From contig RQSC01001252.1 in NCBI GenBank assembly GCA_013416795.1, forward strand, positions 30,990-94,989: 64,000 bases of DNA, in the 5' to 3' direction. Below are positions 1 to 9,432 of the stretch, piece after piece (within the stretch, counting starts at the first letter, position 1; the number at the start of each line of letters is the position of its first letter). The stretch is from Prasinococcaceae sp. CCMP 1430. Its lineage: Eukaryota; Plantae; Prasinodermophyta. The notes under the pieces were generated by a model. The model did not search any database and was not told the DNA's origin. It worked only from the letters and a program-made list of their open reading frames with translations. Position numbers and translations under genes: made by a program.

Positions 1-14
1 TCACCACTGGGCTT

Positions 15-1628
15 TCACTCCTGGTCGGCAGCAGCGGCAGTGAGCATCGCGACGGCCGCGTCGTTGCCATTTCTCTTAGCGATGTCCAGCACTGTAAAGC
101 CGTCGTTGTTGCGAATGGACATGTCAGCGCCCGCGTCGAGCAGGACCTGAAGGCATTGCCCACTGCTGTAGGGTAACACCGCGAAAAATGAGGGCGTCTC
201 GCCATTGGCGTCGACCTTGTCCTTGTTGGCGCCCGCCTCAAGGAGCAGCCGAAGGCACTCCGGGTCGCTGTTCGTAGCTGCGAAGACCGCGGGAGTCCGC
301 CCATCCGAATCTTCCGAGTCTACCTTGGCGCCCGCCTCGAGCAGCAGCTGAAGGCACGCAGTGCGGCCAAACTCTGCCGAGGGAAACAGTGGCGTCCGCC
401 CTGACTCATCCGCACGGTCTACGTCGGCGCCCGCCTCGAGCAGAAGCCGAAGGCATGCGGTGCGCCCACGGTGCGCAGCGATATACGCGGGAGTATGTTC
501 GCATGCATCGCAATCGTTGCCCTTCACGCCCGCCTCGAGCAGCAGCCGAAGGCACTCAGGCTCGCTGCTCGCAGCTGCAACGTGCACGACGTTCCGCCCT
601 ACGATATCCATCCAGTTTCCCTTGGCGGCCGTGGCCGCCTCGAGAAGGAGCCGAAGGCACTCGGACTCGCTGCCGCAAGCTGCACAGTATGCGGGAGTCC
701 GCCCCCTTTCATCCTCAATACTTGCGTCGGCACCCGCCTCGATCAGAAGCCGAAGACACTCAATGCTCCCTTGCTGAGATGCGAGCAGCATGGGGGTGAA
801 GCCTCCGATGGCAGCAGCCCCGTCCTTGTCTGCGCCCGCCTCCAGCAGTCGTTTCAGATGCTCGGGTCGATTCGCAGCCGCAGCCTTGTGGAGTGGCGTG
901 AGGCCGCTGGCATCCGTTTTCTCTTTGTCGCCGTCCGCATCGAGCAGTACTCGAAGGCACTCGGTGTAGCCAAACGCCGCCGCGTGGCACGCGGGAGTCT
1001 TCCCTGTGTCACCTGCCTTCTCCATGTCAGCGCCCGCTTCGAGCAGCAGACGGAGGCAGTCTGCGCTCCCGGTGATAGCTGCGCAGACCGCGGGGGTGGT
1101 GCCGTGTTTGTCCGACTTGTCCTTGTCTGCACTCGCGTCGAGCAGCACCTTCAGGCAGTCGGGTTGATCACTCGTCGCAGCAACGTGCGCAGGTGTGCTG
1201 CCATCGAAGTCGTTTCCTTTGTTGGGGTCGGCGCCCTCCTCAAGCAGCACCCGCATGCAGGCAACGCTGCCACACTGCACCGCCGCCGTCAAGGCTGGTT
1301 GCATGTGGGCATCTTCCTCGTCCCCGTCATCTTCCCCCATTGCGTCCGCGTCGGCGCCGGCATCCAGCGCTCGCCGAACAACTTCGGGCTGACCATCAAA
1401 CGCCGCCTCGTACAAGAGCTGGTCTGCGTCAATGGATGAGAGCAGCTTCTCAGCGAGCCACTCCACGGAGCCTCGCGCCTGGTCGCGTTCCTGGCGTGCC
1501 GTGCGTGCTGCCTCCGCGTTCACCCCGAGCGCCTGCGTAGCGAGCAGCAGCGCCTGGCGCGCGCTCTCTGCGCGGGCCGCGCTCGCGCCTGGGCCGCCCA
1601 TCGCGCCCGCGCCGCGCGTCGTCCCCAT
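15..1628 (-). CDS. Ankyrin-repeat protein (about 13-14 repeats) with an Ala/Arg-rich N-terminal helix
   Basis: Repeated 33-aa units of the form G.TP...AA..G...CLRLLLEAGA; DNA repeat units are 99 bp apart (e.g. 328, 427). Confidence 0.93.
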   Translation of the reverse strand: MGTTRGAGAMGGPGASAARAESARQALLLATQALGVNAEAARTARQERDQARGSVEWLAEKLLSSIDADQLLYEAAFDGQPEVVRRALDAGADADAMGEDDGDEEDAHMQPALTAAVQCGSVACMRVLLEEGADPNKGNDFDGSTPAHVAATSDQPDCLKVLLDASADKDKSDKHGTTPAVCAAITGSADCLRLLLEAGADMEKAGDTGKTPACHAAAFGYTECLRVLLDADGDKEKTDASGLTPLHKAAAANRPEHLKRLLEAGADKDGAAAIGGFTPMLLASQQGSIECLRLLIEAGADASIEDERGRTPAYCAACGSESECLRLLLEAATAAKGNWMDIVGRNVVHVAAASSEPECLRLLLEAGVKGNDCDACEHTPAYIAAHRGRTACLRLLLEAGADVDRADESGRTPLFPSAEFGRTACLQLLLEAGAKVDSEDSDGRTPAVFAATNSDPECLRLLLEAGANKDKVDANGETPSFFAVLPYSSGQCLQVLLDAGADMSIRNNDGFTVLDIAKRNGNDAAVAMLTAAAADQE

Positions 1629-1917
1629 CGCGCGATGTCCCAGGCAGACGAGGGAAGGGGAGAAGCAAGATCAAGCCGGGGGGAGCGACGGCGTGGACGA
1701 CGAGGAGGGAGACTACGACGAGGACGAGGACTACAATCCGGCAAGTGTGGAGGGTGACACGCATGCACGCGGGGGGGGGGTCACGGCGCGCGCTGTGGCA
1801 CCTGTTGCATGCTAGCCGCCATGGCAGCGTCCTCCTCGGGTGTTACACGATGGTCGGTCTCTTCATACAGTTTCATCTTTTCGAGAGCAATCCGAGTGTG
1901 TTTGCGTGCTCATTAAA

Positions 1918-1933
1918 AAACCCTAACCCTAAA
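1918..1933 (+). promoter_or_regulatory. Telo-box / interstitial telomere-like motif AAACCCTAACCCTAAA upstream of the ankyrin gene
   Basis: Seen directly; similar motifs at 10799-10806 (TAGGGTTT), 10928-10936 and 47770-47777, all intergenic. Confidence 0.4.
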
Positions 1934-2258
1934 CCTCGCCCGATCGCGAAGTTTTCTGCTCGAGTGCCCGTCGACTGTCTGCAGGGCCGAGTAGCGGCAC
2001 ACAGCAGCCTGCGCAGCACGCGCGCCGCGGCGCCTACGCGTGTCGGCTGCTGGTCGTTGCAGAGGCAAAAACAGCGCCACTGGCGACTTCATATTAACGA
2101 TTGCCGGCGGTACGGTCAGCTTGCGGCGTCTCCGCCGCGCGCATCACCTGCTGGCAGCACGGCGTATCCCGAGCCCGTCTTCGACCCGCGTAGGTGGTCG
2201 GCTGCTGCGGGCAAGCGCGCGGGCGAGGCGCGTCAGCGTGCATTCTCGCACGAGCACG

Positions 2259-2864
2259 TCACCACTCGTGTGCGCTCGAGCGCCTGCGCGGGCCTCGACG
2301 GGGAGGGAGTGCGAGCGCGCAGCCGCGCGCACCTTCGACTTCGCCGTCGCTCGCACCGCCGACGTAGCGCATGACCGTGTGCTGCATGTCGACGCGAAAG
2401 CCCGCTCGCCAGAAGATGGTCCTCTCAGCGGTCCCAGCAGGGAAAGCGGCGATCGACGTGGGCTTTGCGCCGCGCGAAATGCCCTCTCTTTTGATCTCAG
2501 CGGCGATGCGCTCGAGCAGCGCGGGCGCATACGCAGCGTACGGCTCGGCGAGTGCCAGGTCCGCCAGCGCCGCGACGAACGCGCCGTCGCTCACCGCGCG
2601 CGCGAAGCCCACGATGGCGCCCCGGCCCCCGTCGGCTCGCATCACTACGGACACGTAGCTGGCGGCGAGCGCGCGGCGCATGCGCTCGTCGTCGCGGCGC
2701 GCGCTTCGCGGCATGGCCTCGGCGAGGAAGTCGCACACCTCGGCGGCGTCCTCCACGCCCGCTCGCTCATATGTCGGCTGCGCGGGCTCCCTGCGCACAC
2801 CCTGCGCTCCGCCCCACGGCCCACCGCTCCGCGCGGCCGCGGCTGCGCGCGGTCCCGGCTTCAT
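2259..2864 (-). CDS. GNAT-family N-acetyltransferase-like protein
   Basis: RMRRALAAS...IVGFARAVSDGAFVAALADLAL...Y...LL...F...GF matches the GNAT motif A/B layout. The start codon is uncertain. Confidence 0.7.
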   Translation of the reverse strand: MKPGPRAAAAARSGGPWGGAQGVRREPAQPTYERAGVEDAAEVCDFLAEAMPRSARRDDERMRRALAASYVSVVMRADGGRGAIVGFARAVSDGAFVAALADLALAEPYAAYAPALLERIAAEIKREGISRGAKPTSIAAFPAGTAERTIFWRAGFRVDMQHTVMRYVGGASDGEVEGARGCALALPPRRGPRRRSSAHEW

Positions 2865-3452
2865 GGACACGCTCGCCGGCGTGCGGGACCGCGTTGCGCA
2901 GATGTTCGGCCGCAAGGGTGCGACCGAGACCGAGCTCTCGGTGGACTCATTCTTGCAGATGGTGAATCAGCAGCGCTCGCAGCACGAGGCGAGGCTCGAC
3001 GACTCGCAGAGGCAGCAGCTTGAGTTCTCGCACGCGGCTGCTGATAAGGTCTTCGGATCGCTCTCGAAGGTGAGGAGGGCGGACGTGGCTGCGCCGTTGC
3101 CGCCTGATGCTCTCTATCTTACGCGCGCGCGCGCACTCCTGCTGACGCGAGGATGCTTACCGCGCCCCGACGATTGGTTAACTTGCTGACCCACCCCCGC
3201 AGGAGGAGCGCAAGCAGCTCGAGTCGCTCCCGGAGGACGCCGACGCGTACCGCACACTACCGCAGCCGCTTATCAAGAGGCTGCGCCAGTCGGTGCCTGA
3301 GGGCGGGGTGGGCGCGCGCATGGTCGAATTTCAGCTCGGCCACTACATGTACTTCAAGGCGGCAATGTCAGTGGCCGCCAGGTGGCGCGACGCGGGCAAC
3401 AAGGAGCCACCGAGCGCCGAGTACATCGGAATGCACATCGGCGCGCCACCCG
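2863..3452 (+). CDS. Two-exon hypothetical protein with weak resemblance to the SRP54 M-domain; 3' end lost at the gap N3453
   Basis: Exon 1 runs from ATG 2863 to ...TCGAAG, followed by an intron (gtgagg...gctgac...ccgcag, about 3070-3202). The exon 2 frame continues EERKQLESL...GHYMYFKAAM. Confidence 0.55.
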
Positions 3453-3664
3453 NCCGCCCGCGCCGTCCGCGCGGGCGTGAGCCCGCGGGGCGCGCGCGTG
3501 CGAGCGGTAATTGGAAGTGTGGCTCCTCTCGAGGGGGTAGGGTGCCCAGGGGTCGGTGCAGGGGCAGAGGCGTCTGCCGACGAGCAAAGAGCGGGTGAGG
3601 TGTGGGCAGAGCGGGAGCGGGGCGCCGGGACGCGTCAGGGCGGCGTCTCGCGCGGCCGGCGTGC

Positions 3665-5068
3665 ATGGGCACGCGGCTGCGCTGCGCCACGGCGCGCGCG
3701 GCTCTGGCCGCCGCGCGGCTCGGTGCACAGACCGCGGATGCCGCCGCGGACGCGGCCGCAAGGAGGGGGGGATTGGCCACGGCGCCCAAGCTCGCAGGCT
3801 GGTGCGCGCGCGCGCAGAGGTCCTTTTCGGCGTCGGCGCGCCCGTCGGCAGCGCTCCTCGCGGCGTCACCGTCGCTCAAGGACGCGCACAGCACCGACGT
3901 GGTGGAGGACATATACAGGTGCTCCTTCCAGCGGCAGACGGGCGTGTCGCTCAAGTACATGATGAACTTCGGCAAGAACCCCACCACGGAAAATCTGGTC
4001 GTCAGCGCGCAATTCCTGCAGAACGAGCTGCCCGTCCGACTCGCGCACCGCGTCACCGAGCTCGAGAATTTGCCGATGGGCCTCTCGGACAAGGCGCCGA
4101 TCATCAAGGTGCGCGACTGGTACGTCGAGTCGTTCCGGGAGCTGCGCGCGATGGCGCCGGTGCGGACGGCCGCAGACGAGGCGGCGTTCTCTCAAGACAT
4201 CGAGCGCATCCTCCAGCGCCACGCAAATGTCGTGCCAATGGTCGCGCTCGGCGTGGCCGAGCTCAAGGAGGAGCTCATGGCGGGCAGCAGCCGCATACCA
4301 GCGGCGACCAAGTTCTCCTCGGACAGCTGGTCCAACCTGCCCGAGATACACATGTTCCTGGATGGCTTCTACATGAGCCGCATAGGACTGCGCATGCTCA
4401 TCGGGCAGCATGTCGCGCTGCACAAGGCGCACGTCACCTCGGCGAGCGCGCCGAGCAACTTCACCCGAGGGGAGGACGACTGGGTGGGGCTCATCTGCAC
4501 CAAGGTCAATCCCGTGGCCGTCGCAGAGGAGGCCATCGAGGACGCGCGCGCCGTCTGCCTCCGACACTATGGCTGCGCACCCGAGGTGCAGGTGTTCGCC
4601 GACAGCGACCTGCGCCTCCCGTACGTGCCGGGGCATCTCCACCAGTGCCTGTTCGAGCTCATCAAGAATTCTTTGCGAGCTGTCACTGACAGGTACATGG
4701 ACGCGGACGAGGACCCTCCGCCGGTGAGGTTGGTGGTGGCCGACGGTGACGAGGACGTCACGTTCAAGGTCTCGGATGAGGGTGGCGGCATCGCGCGCAG
4801 TGACATAGGACGCATCTGGACCTACCTCTACACGACGGCAGACACGGCTGCCTTGGCCATGCTCGCTGAGGACGCCGAGGCGGGCCAGAGTGGTGCCGTC
4901 GTGCAGCGCTCACCGGTGCTCGCCGGGTACGGCTACGGCCTGCCGCTGTCCAGGCTGTACGCGCGGTACTTCGGGGGCGACCTGCAGGTCATATCGATGG
5001 AGGGCTACGGCACCGACGCGTACCTCCACGTGCATCGCCTCGGCGAGGCGCCCGAGCCGCTGCCGTGA
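3665..5068 (+). CDS. PDK: Mitochondrial pyruvate dehydrogenase kinase (PDK/BCKDK family)
   Basis: ELPVRLAHR, FYMSRIGLRMLIGQH, ELIKNSLRA (N box), SDEGGG (G1 box), AGYGYGLPLSRLYARYFGGDL (G2 box); Arg/Ala-rich presequence. Confidence 0.96.
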   Translation: MGTRLRCATARAALAAARLGAQTADAAADAAARRGGLATAPKLAGWCARAQRSFSASARPSAALLAASPSLKDAHSTDVVEDIYRCSFQRQTGVSLKYMMNFGKNPTTENLVVSAQFLQNELPVRLAHRVTELENLPMGLSDKAPIIKVRDWYVESFRELRAMAPVRTAADEAAFSQDIERILQRHANVVPMVALGVAELKEELMAGSSRIPAATKFSSDSWSNLPEIHMFLDGFYMSRIGLRMLIGQHVALHKAHVTSASAPSNFTRGEDDWVGLICTKVNPVAVAEEAIEDARAVCLRHYGCAPEVQVFADSDLRLPYVPGHLHQCLFELIKNSLRAVTDRYMDADEDPPPVRLVVADGDEDVTFKVSDEGGGIARSDIGRIWTYLYTTADTAALAMLAEDAEAGQSGAVVQRSPVLAGYGYGLPLSRLYARYFGGDLQVISMEGYGTDAYLHVHRLGEAPEPLP

Positions 5069-5269
5069 GCGGTGGGACCAGCGGCGCTCGCGCGCACGTG
5101 CGGCAGGTCCGTGCGCATCGGCCCCGCCCTGCTTCTCTCCCTGTCTGTACATTAAATTCATGTCGGCCATCGACGGGCGGGCGGGCGCGCCCTGCCTCCT
5201 GCGCGCGCCCTGCCTGCTGCGCGCGCCGCGCCGCACGCGGCCCCTATTATCAAATATCAGTCGCTCACT

Positions 5270-5812
5270 CTACTCTTCCTTCTTGGGAGTGACGAGTGCC
5301 GCGGCGGCGGCCTCGTGCGCGTTGCGTGGCGCGCCTGTCACGGTGAAGGCGGGCTTCTGCTCCGTCTGCGCCTGGCCGCCGTTGGCAGCGATTTGTGCGA
5401 CGGCCTGCACGAGCATCTGCTGTGTGAAGGAGGAACCGCGCTGCCAGGAGGAGTAGAGCGCGTCGCCGGCGCGCGCCTGCGCCTCGCTCAGCGCCCTGTC
5501 GATGTTTTCCTCGTGTGCGGCGATGCGCGGCGCCAGCATCGACTCGTACACGAACGCGGCTCCCCTCGTGCGAGGGTGCCACAGGTAGACCACGAACGCG
5601 ATCTTCGCCTCGTAGTAAAGCGGCGCCCACGACACGAACGCGTCCGCAAGGAGCTCGACCGCGGCCAGCGCGGCCATGCACATCCAGTACGTGCACCAGT
5701 CGGCGACGGCCACCTCGTCGCGCTTCGGCTTCTTCAGCTGCTTGAAGCACAGGTAGCCGGGGTACACATAGCCGGCGAGGACGAGGAGCACCCTCGCGGG
5801 GTAGGCGAACAT
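5270..5812 (-). CDS. HVA22: HVA22/REEP/DP1 (TB2_DP1_HVA22) family ER-shaping protein
   Basis: GYVYPGYLCFK, WCTYW, WAPLYYEAKIAFVVYLWHP.TRGA.FVY are family motifs. Confidence 0.92.
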   Translation of the reverse strand: MFAYPARVLLVLAGYVYPGYLCFKQLKKPKRDEVAVADWCTYWMCMAALAAVELLADAFVSWAPLYYEAKIAFVVYLWHPRTRGAAFVYESMLAPRIAAHEENIDRALSEAQARAGDALYSSWQRGSSFTQQMLVQAVAQIAANGGQAQTEQKPAFTVTGAPRNAHEAAAAALVTPKKEE

Positions 5813-6299
5813 CTCTGCGCGCGTCCCCTCGTCCCCCGTGCCCGCCCGCGAGAGAGCCGCGCGCGGCGAGTGGCGCCCGCGCCCGGCCGCAAGGGAGGAG
5901 GGGGGGGGGGAGCGTGGCGTGGGTGGCGCGCAGAAGCGCGCGCACGGCCGCGCGCGAGGCCGCGCGCGCGCGCGCGCCCCTGCGGCGCGCGCGCTCTTTG
6001 CGCGGGCGCCCGCCCATCAAAACGCATTCGGCCCTTTTCGCGCGCGCACCGACGGAGTTCGAAACTCCGACGCGCGCCCGCAGGCCGCGCAGGCTGCGAT
6101 GTGCCCACGGGCGAGTACATGTTGGGATGCGCATATGCTACCACTACGCCGATATCGCATCGGGTGGGCGGCGGGCGCAGGGAGGGAGCGCGCCGGGGCG
6201 AGCGGCAACGCGCGGCCGTCGAGGGGCTCTGTATGATACAATCGTGTACACTCGGCGCGGCGCGCGGCGCCGGCGCGGTCCTCGCGGGTGCCCTCGGCC

Positions 6300-6904
6300 T
6301 CAGCGCACCACGAGGTCGCTGTCGCTGTCGCTGTCGCTCGCCCGCAGCTGCCGGAGCTGCTGCTGCTGCGCTCGCGCCCTCCCCATATGCCTCTGCCGCT
6401 GCTGCGTTCGGGCGCCGCCGCCGGCGCCCCCGCCATCCCCTGCCGCGGCGCCCACGCCGCTGGCGGCGCGCGCGCCCTCCCTCGCCGCCTCGATTGCCAC
6501 CGCGCTCCTGCGCACCGCGAGAGACACGTCGGGCACCGTCACGGTGCTGCGGCCCGCGTGGCGCGCGAAGCTCTTGACGTCGCGGCTCAAAGAGTCGGCG
6601 AACTGGCACGTCAGCGCCGCCACCGGCGACAGCGTCTGGAAGGATCACGAGCGCCATCGTCGCCGCGCATCCGCGCCGCGCGGGTCAGCCGCGACAACGA
6701 AGCGAGCGCTCGGGCGCGCGCGAGCACAAAGGCGAGCACGCGCCGCGCACTGCGGCGGCGCACCTTCGCGTCGTCCACTCCCACCCTTCCCGCATTCACC
6801 TCGGCCCGCTCCGCCGCGCGTGCGTAGCGGAGCGCGCACGCAGCCAGACGCTCCAGGTCTCCTCGTTGGCGCGCACGCGGCGCCGAATCCACGCATAGCG
6901 ACAC
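6300..6904 (-). CDS. MHF1: CENP-S/MHF1 histone-fold protein (2 exons; intron 6763-6636; start unresolved)
   Basis: QFADSLSRDVKSFARHAGRSTVTVPDVSLAVRRS resembles CENP-S DLEMFARHAKRTTINTEDVKLLARR. The GT donor (6763) and AG acceptor (6636) with a gctgac branch join in frame. Confidence 0.75.
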
Positions 6905-7155
6905 GCGCGAGTTGAACTCAGCATAGAGCGCTAGCTTGGTGGGCTGCTCGCCGCGCCGGGTGTGGCGCGCCCCCTAGTAGACACACAACAGACGCCACCA
7001 ACAGCCTACAGGGCGCATTCGCTCGTGGCCTTTTTCGGGGCCGGTGTAGCGCGCTGCCCCGCGTGCCGTTGCCACTTCGCTTCCTCCCCCCCCCCCTCCC
7101 CCATCCCCAGGGGGCGCGCGCGGCTCTCAGCCCCCCTTCCCCCCGTGGGCTGAAT

Positions 7156-8442
7156 ATGTCGATGTTCTCGTCGCTGCCGCTCGTCGGCTGCGACGGCCGC
7201 CCGGTCGATGCAGCGCGCCTCGAGGGCAAGGCCGTCCTGCTGTACTTCTCCGCGTCGTGGTGCGGGCCGTGCAAGCGCTTCACCCCGGCGCTTCGCGTGT
7301 GGTACGACGCGCTCGTTGCTGAGGGCGAGCCCCTGGAAATCGTCTTTGTCTCCAGGGACAAGAACCCCGAGGAGGCGCAGGCATACATGAAGGACCACAT
7401 GGGGCCGTGGTGCGCGCTGGACTACGGCGCGCCTGCCGGCGACGAGCTCGCCAGGCTGTTCGGCATCAGAGGCATCCCACAGGCCGTCGTCGTCGACTCG
7501 CTCATGCAGCCGCAGTTCTCGGCGGATGTGGGCGAGGCCATCAGCGAGATGTTCAAGCAGCCCACGGAGGAAGCGCAGGTGAGGGTGGCGCGCAAGAGCT
7601 TCGCAGGCATGAAGAAGATGTGCGGCCTTGGTGGAGAGGGCACAGAGGCTGCCGAGGGTGCCACTGGCGGCAGCGCGGCGACAGCCGGCGGCAGCGGGGG
7701 CGCGTCGGGGGGGGTGAGTGGCAGCAGTTCTGCTGCCGCGGCCGCTGCGTGCCCCGGCGCGCTGCGGGCGGCCTTGCGGGCGTGCCGTTCATCACTCCCG
7801 CCACAGGCGTGCTCTACGTTGCGCGCGATTGGCATCAACGCCGCGAAGGACGACGCGAAGTACCGCATCCTGAAGTCGGCCAACAAGGCCATTGCTGAGC
7901 GCGTGCTGGCGCACGCGCCCGCCGTCGAAGCGCTCAAGGCCATGGGCTGGGCTGAGGCGGACGGTATGTGGTCGCTACCGCAGAGCGCGGTGGTCAACCA
8001 GGGAACGCTCGCGGCCTTCGACGAACTTGTTGCGAGGCCCCTCGTCTTTGGCGGCGCGCGGCCATCGAGGGCGCACCCGCGGCAGCAGGCGCGGGCAACG
8101 AGGGCGGACGCCGGCGCGGGTGCGGCTCTGCCTCCGCCGCAGCAGATTCAAGCGGCACAGCTGCAAGCGGCAATGCAGGCAGCGATGGCGAACGTTTTCG
8201 GCGCGGGGCAGCCGCAGGCACATGGCGTTGGAGCTGCAGCGACCACACCAGCTCCTGTCCCTGCCGCCACTCCTGCGCCCGCGACAACGGCGCTCGCCGG
8301 GGAGGACGATGCGGCGATGGCAGCAAGGCTCCAGGCAGAGGCAGATGCTGCTGATGCGGCGCTCGCTGCGAGACTGCAAGCCGAAGAAGACGCTGCTGCC
8401 GACGCCGAGGCCACCCCTGGCGACGGCGACGCAATGCAGTGA
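7156..8442 (+). CDS. Nucleoredoxin/tryparedoxin-type thioredoxin + PUB domain + two MIU-like ubiquitin-binding motifs
   Basis: LLYFSASWCGPCKRFTP and EIVFVSRD (Trx); KYRILKSANKAIAERVLA....EALKAMGW (PUB); DAAMAARLQAE and DAALAARLQAEED (MIU-like). Possible in-frame intron 7714-7806. Confidence 0.85.
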   Translation: MSMFSSLPLVGCDGRPVDAARLEGKAVLLYFSASWCGPCKRFTPALRVWYDALVAEGEPLEIVFVSRDKNPEEAQAYMKDHMGPWCALDYGAPAGDELARLFGIRGIPQAVVVDSLMQPQFSADVGEAISEMFKQPTEEAQVRVARKSFAGMKKMCGLGGEGTEAAEGATGGSAATAGGSGGASGGVSGSSSAAAAAACPGALRAALRACRSSLPPQACSTLRAIGINAAKDDAKYRILKSANKAIAERVLAHAPAVEALKAMGWAEADGMWSLPQSAVVNQGTLAAFDELVARPLVFGGARPSRAHPRQQARATRADAGAGAALPPPQQIQAAQLQAAMQAAMANVFGAGQPQAHGVGAAATTPAPVPAATPAPATTALAGEDDAAMAARLQAEADAADAALAARLQAEEDAAADAEATPGDGDAMQ

Positions 8443-8601
8443 GGTAGGGCACCAGGATGCGTCTATGCGCGGGGCAGGGGCGCACCGCTGCGGCGCAAGG
8501 AACGCACTCTTCCTGCACAAAACGATGTCTGAAATTAATGCGGAGCTGCATCGACCTCACTTTGGGCGCTCACGCGTGCCACGGCGCGCGCCCCAGCGCG
8601 C

Positions 8602-9432
8602 TTATTTGCCGTCCGGACCCGAGCGTGGCGCCTTCTTGCGCCAGCGGCTGCGGCGGCGCTTGCGGTCCACGTCGGCGGCGTCGGGACTCTGCGTGGATTC
8701 TTGCTCCCCGTCCACCGCGCCACCGCCATTCACCTGCGCCGCCGACCCCCTGGCGCCGCCCTGCGTGCCCCTGCCCCTCAGCGTCCTCCTGAACCGCCTC
8801 GACGGCCTGTTCTGGCGCACCACCACGTTGGTCGACCCACCTGCTCCTGGAACCCACTCGAGGTACTGGCCATCAGCAAAGAACGCCTCGATGAGCCCCG
8901 TCATGAGCACCTTCATGAGGAACCAGGAGACTTCGTGCTCCCACGGCCTGCGCACGATGTCGCCGAGTGGCACCCACTCCAGCGCCGATATCTCGCCGTC
9001 GCTTTCGTTGCTTGCCACGCGCTCCATGAAGCGCGTGGGCAGGTCGCGCGTGGCCGGCATGTGGTGCAAGAAGACTGCGTACTTGCCAGCTGGGAACCAC
9101 AGCACCGGGCCGCGCACGCGTCGCTGCCTGCCGCCGAAGAGCAAGCGCCCGGTCTCCTCCGCAACCTCGCGCGCCGCTGTGTGGCGCGGCCCAAGATCGC
9201 GGGGCTCCCTCTTGCCGCCGAGGATGAGCAGCGCGTTGCCCTCGCCGAGCTTCGAGTTCAGCTTTTTCTGCTTGCCCTGCCGCCCGAAGAGGAGCAGCAC
9301 GTCGACCACGTTGCCATCGTCGTCGGTTATCACATGGTATGGCATCACGCCGGCGGCAGCCCACGCGCGCTGGTGCTGTGGGCGAAGGCGTGGCTCCAGG
9401 TACGCGCCCAGTCGACCGGCCTTGCGCATCAT
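8602..9432 (-). CDS. Nudix hydrolase domain protein with basic C-terminal tail
   Basis: AAGVMPY...LLLFG...GGKREPRD....TAAREVAEETG is a Nudix box variant. The start is either ATG 9432 or an upstream splice (see findings). Confidence 0.8.
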   Translation of the reverse strand: MMRKAGRLGAYLEPRLRPQHQRAWAAAGVMPYHVITDDDGNVVDVLLLFGRQGKQKKLNSKLGEGNALLILGGKREPRDLGPRHTAAREVAEETGRLLFGGRQRRVRGPVLWFPAGKYAVFLHHMPATRDLPTRFMERVASNESDGEISALEWVPLGDIVRRPWEHEVSWFLMKVLMTGLIEAFFADGQYLEWVPGAGGSTNVVVRQNRPSRRFRRTLRGRGTQGGARGSAAQVNGGGAVDGEQESTQSPDAADVDRKRRRSRWRKKAPRSGPDGK

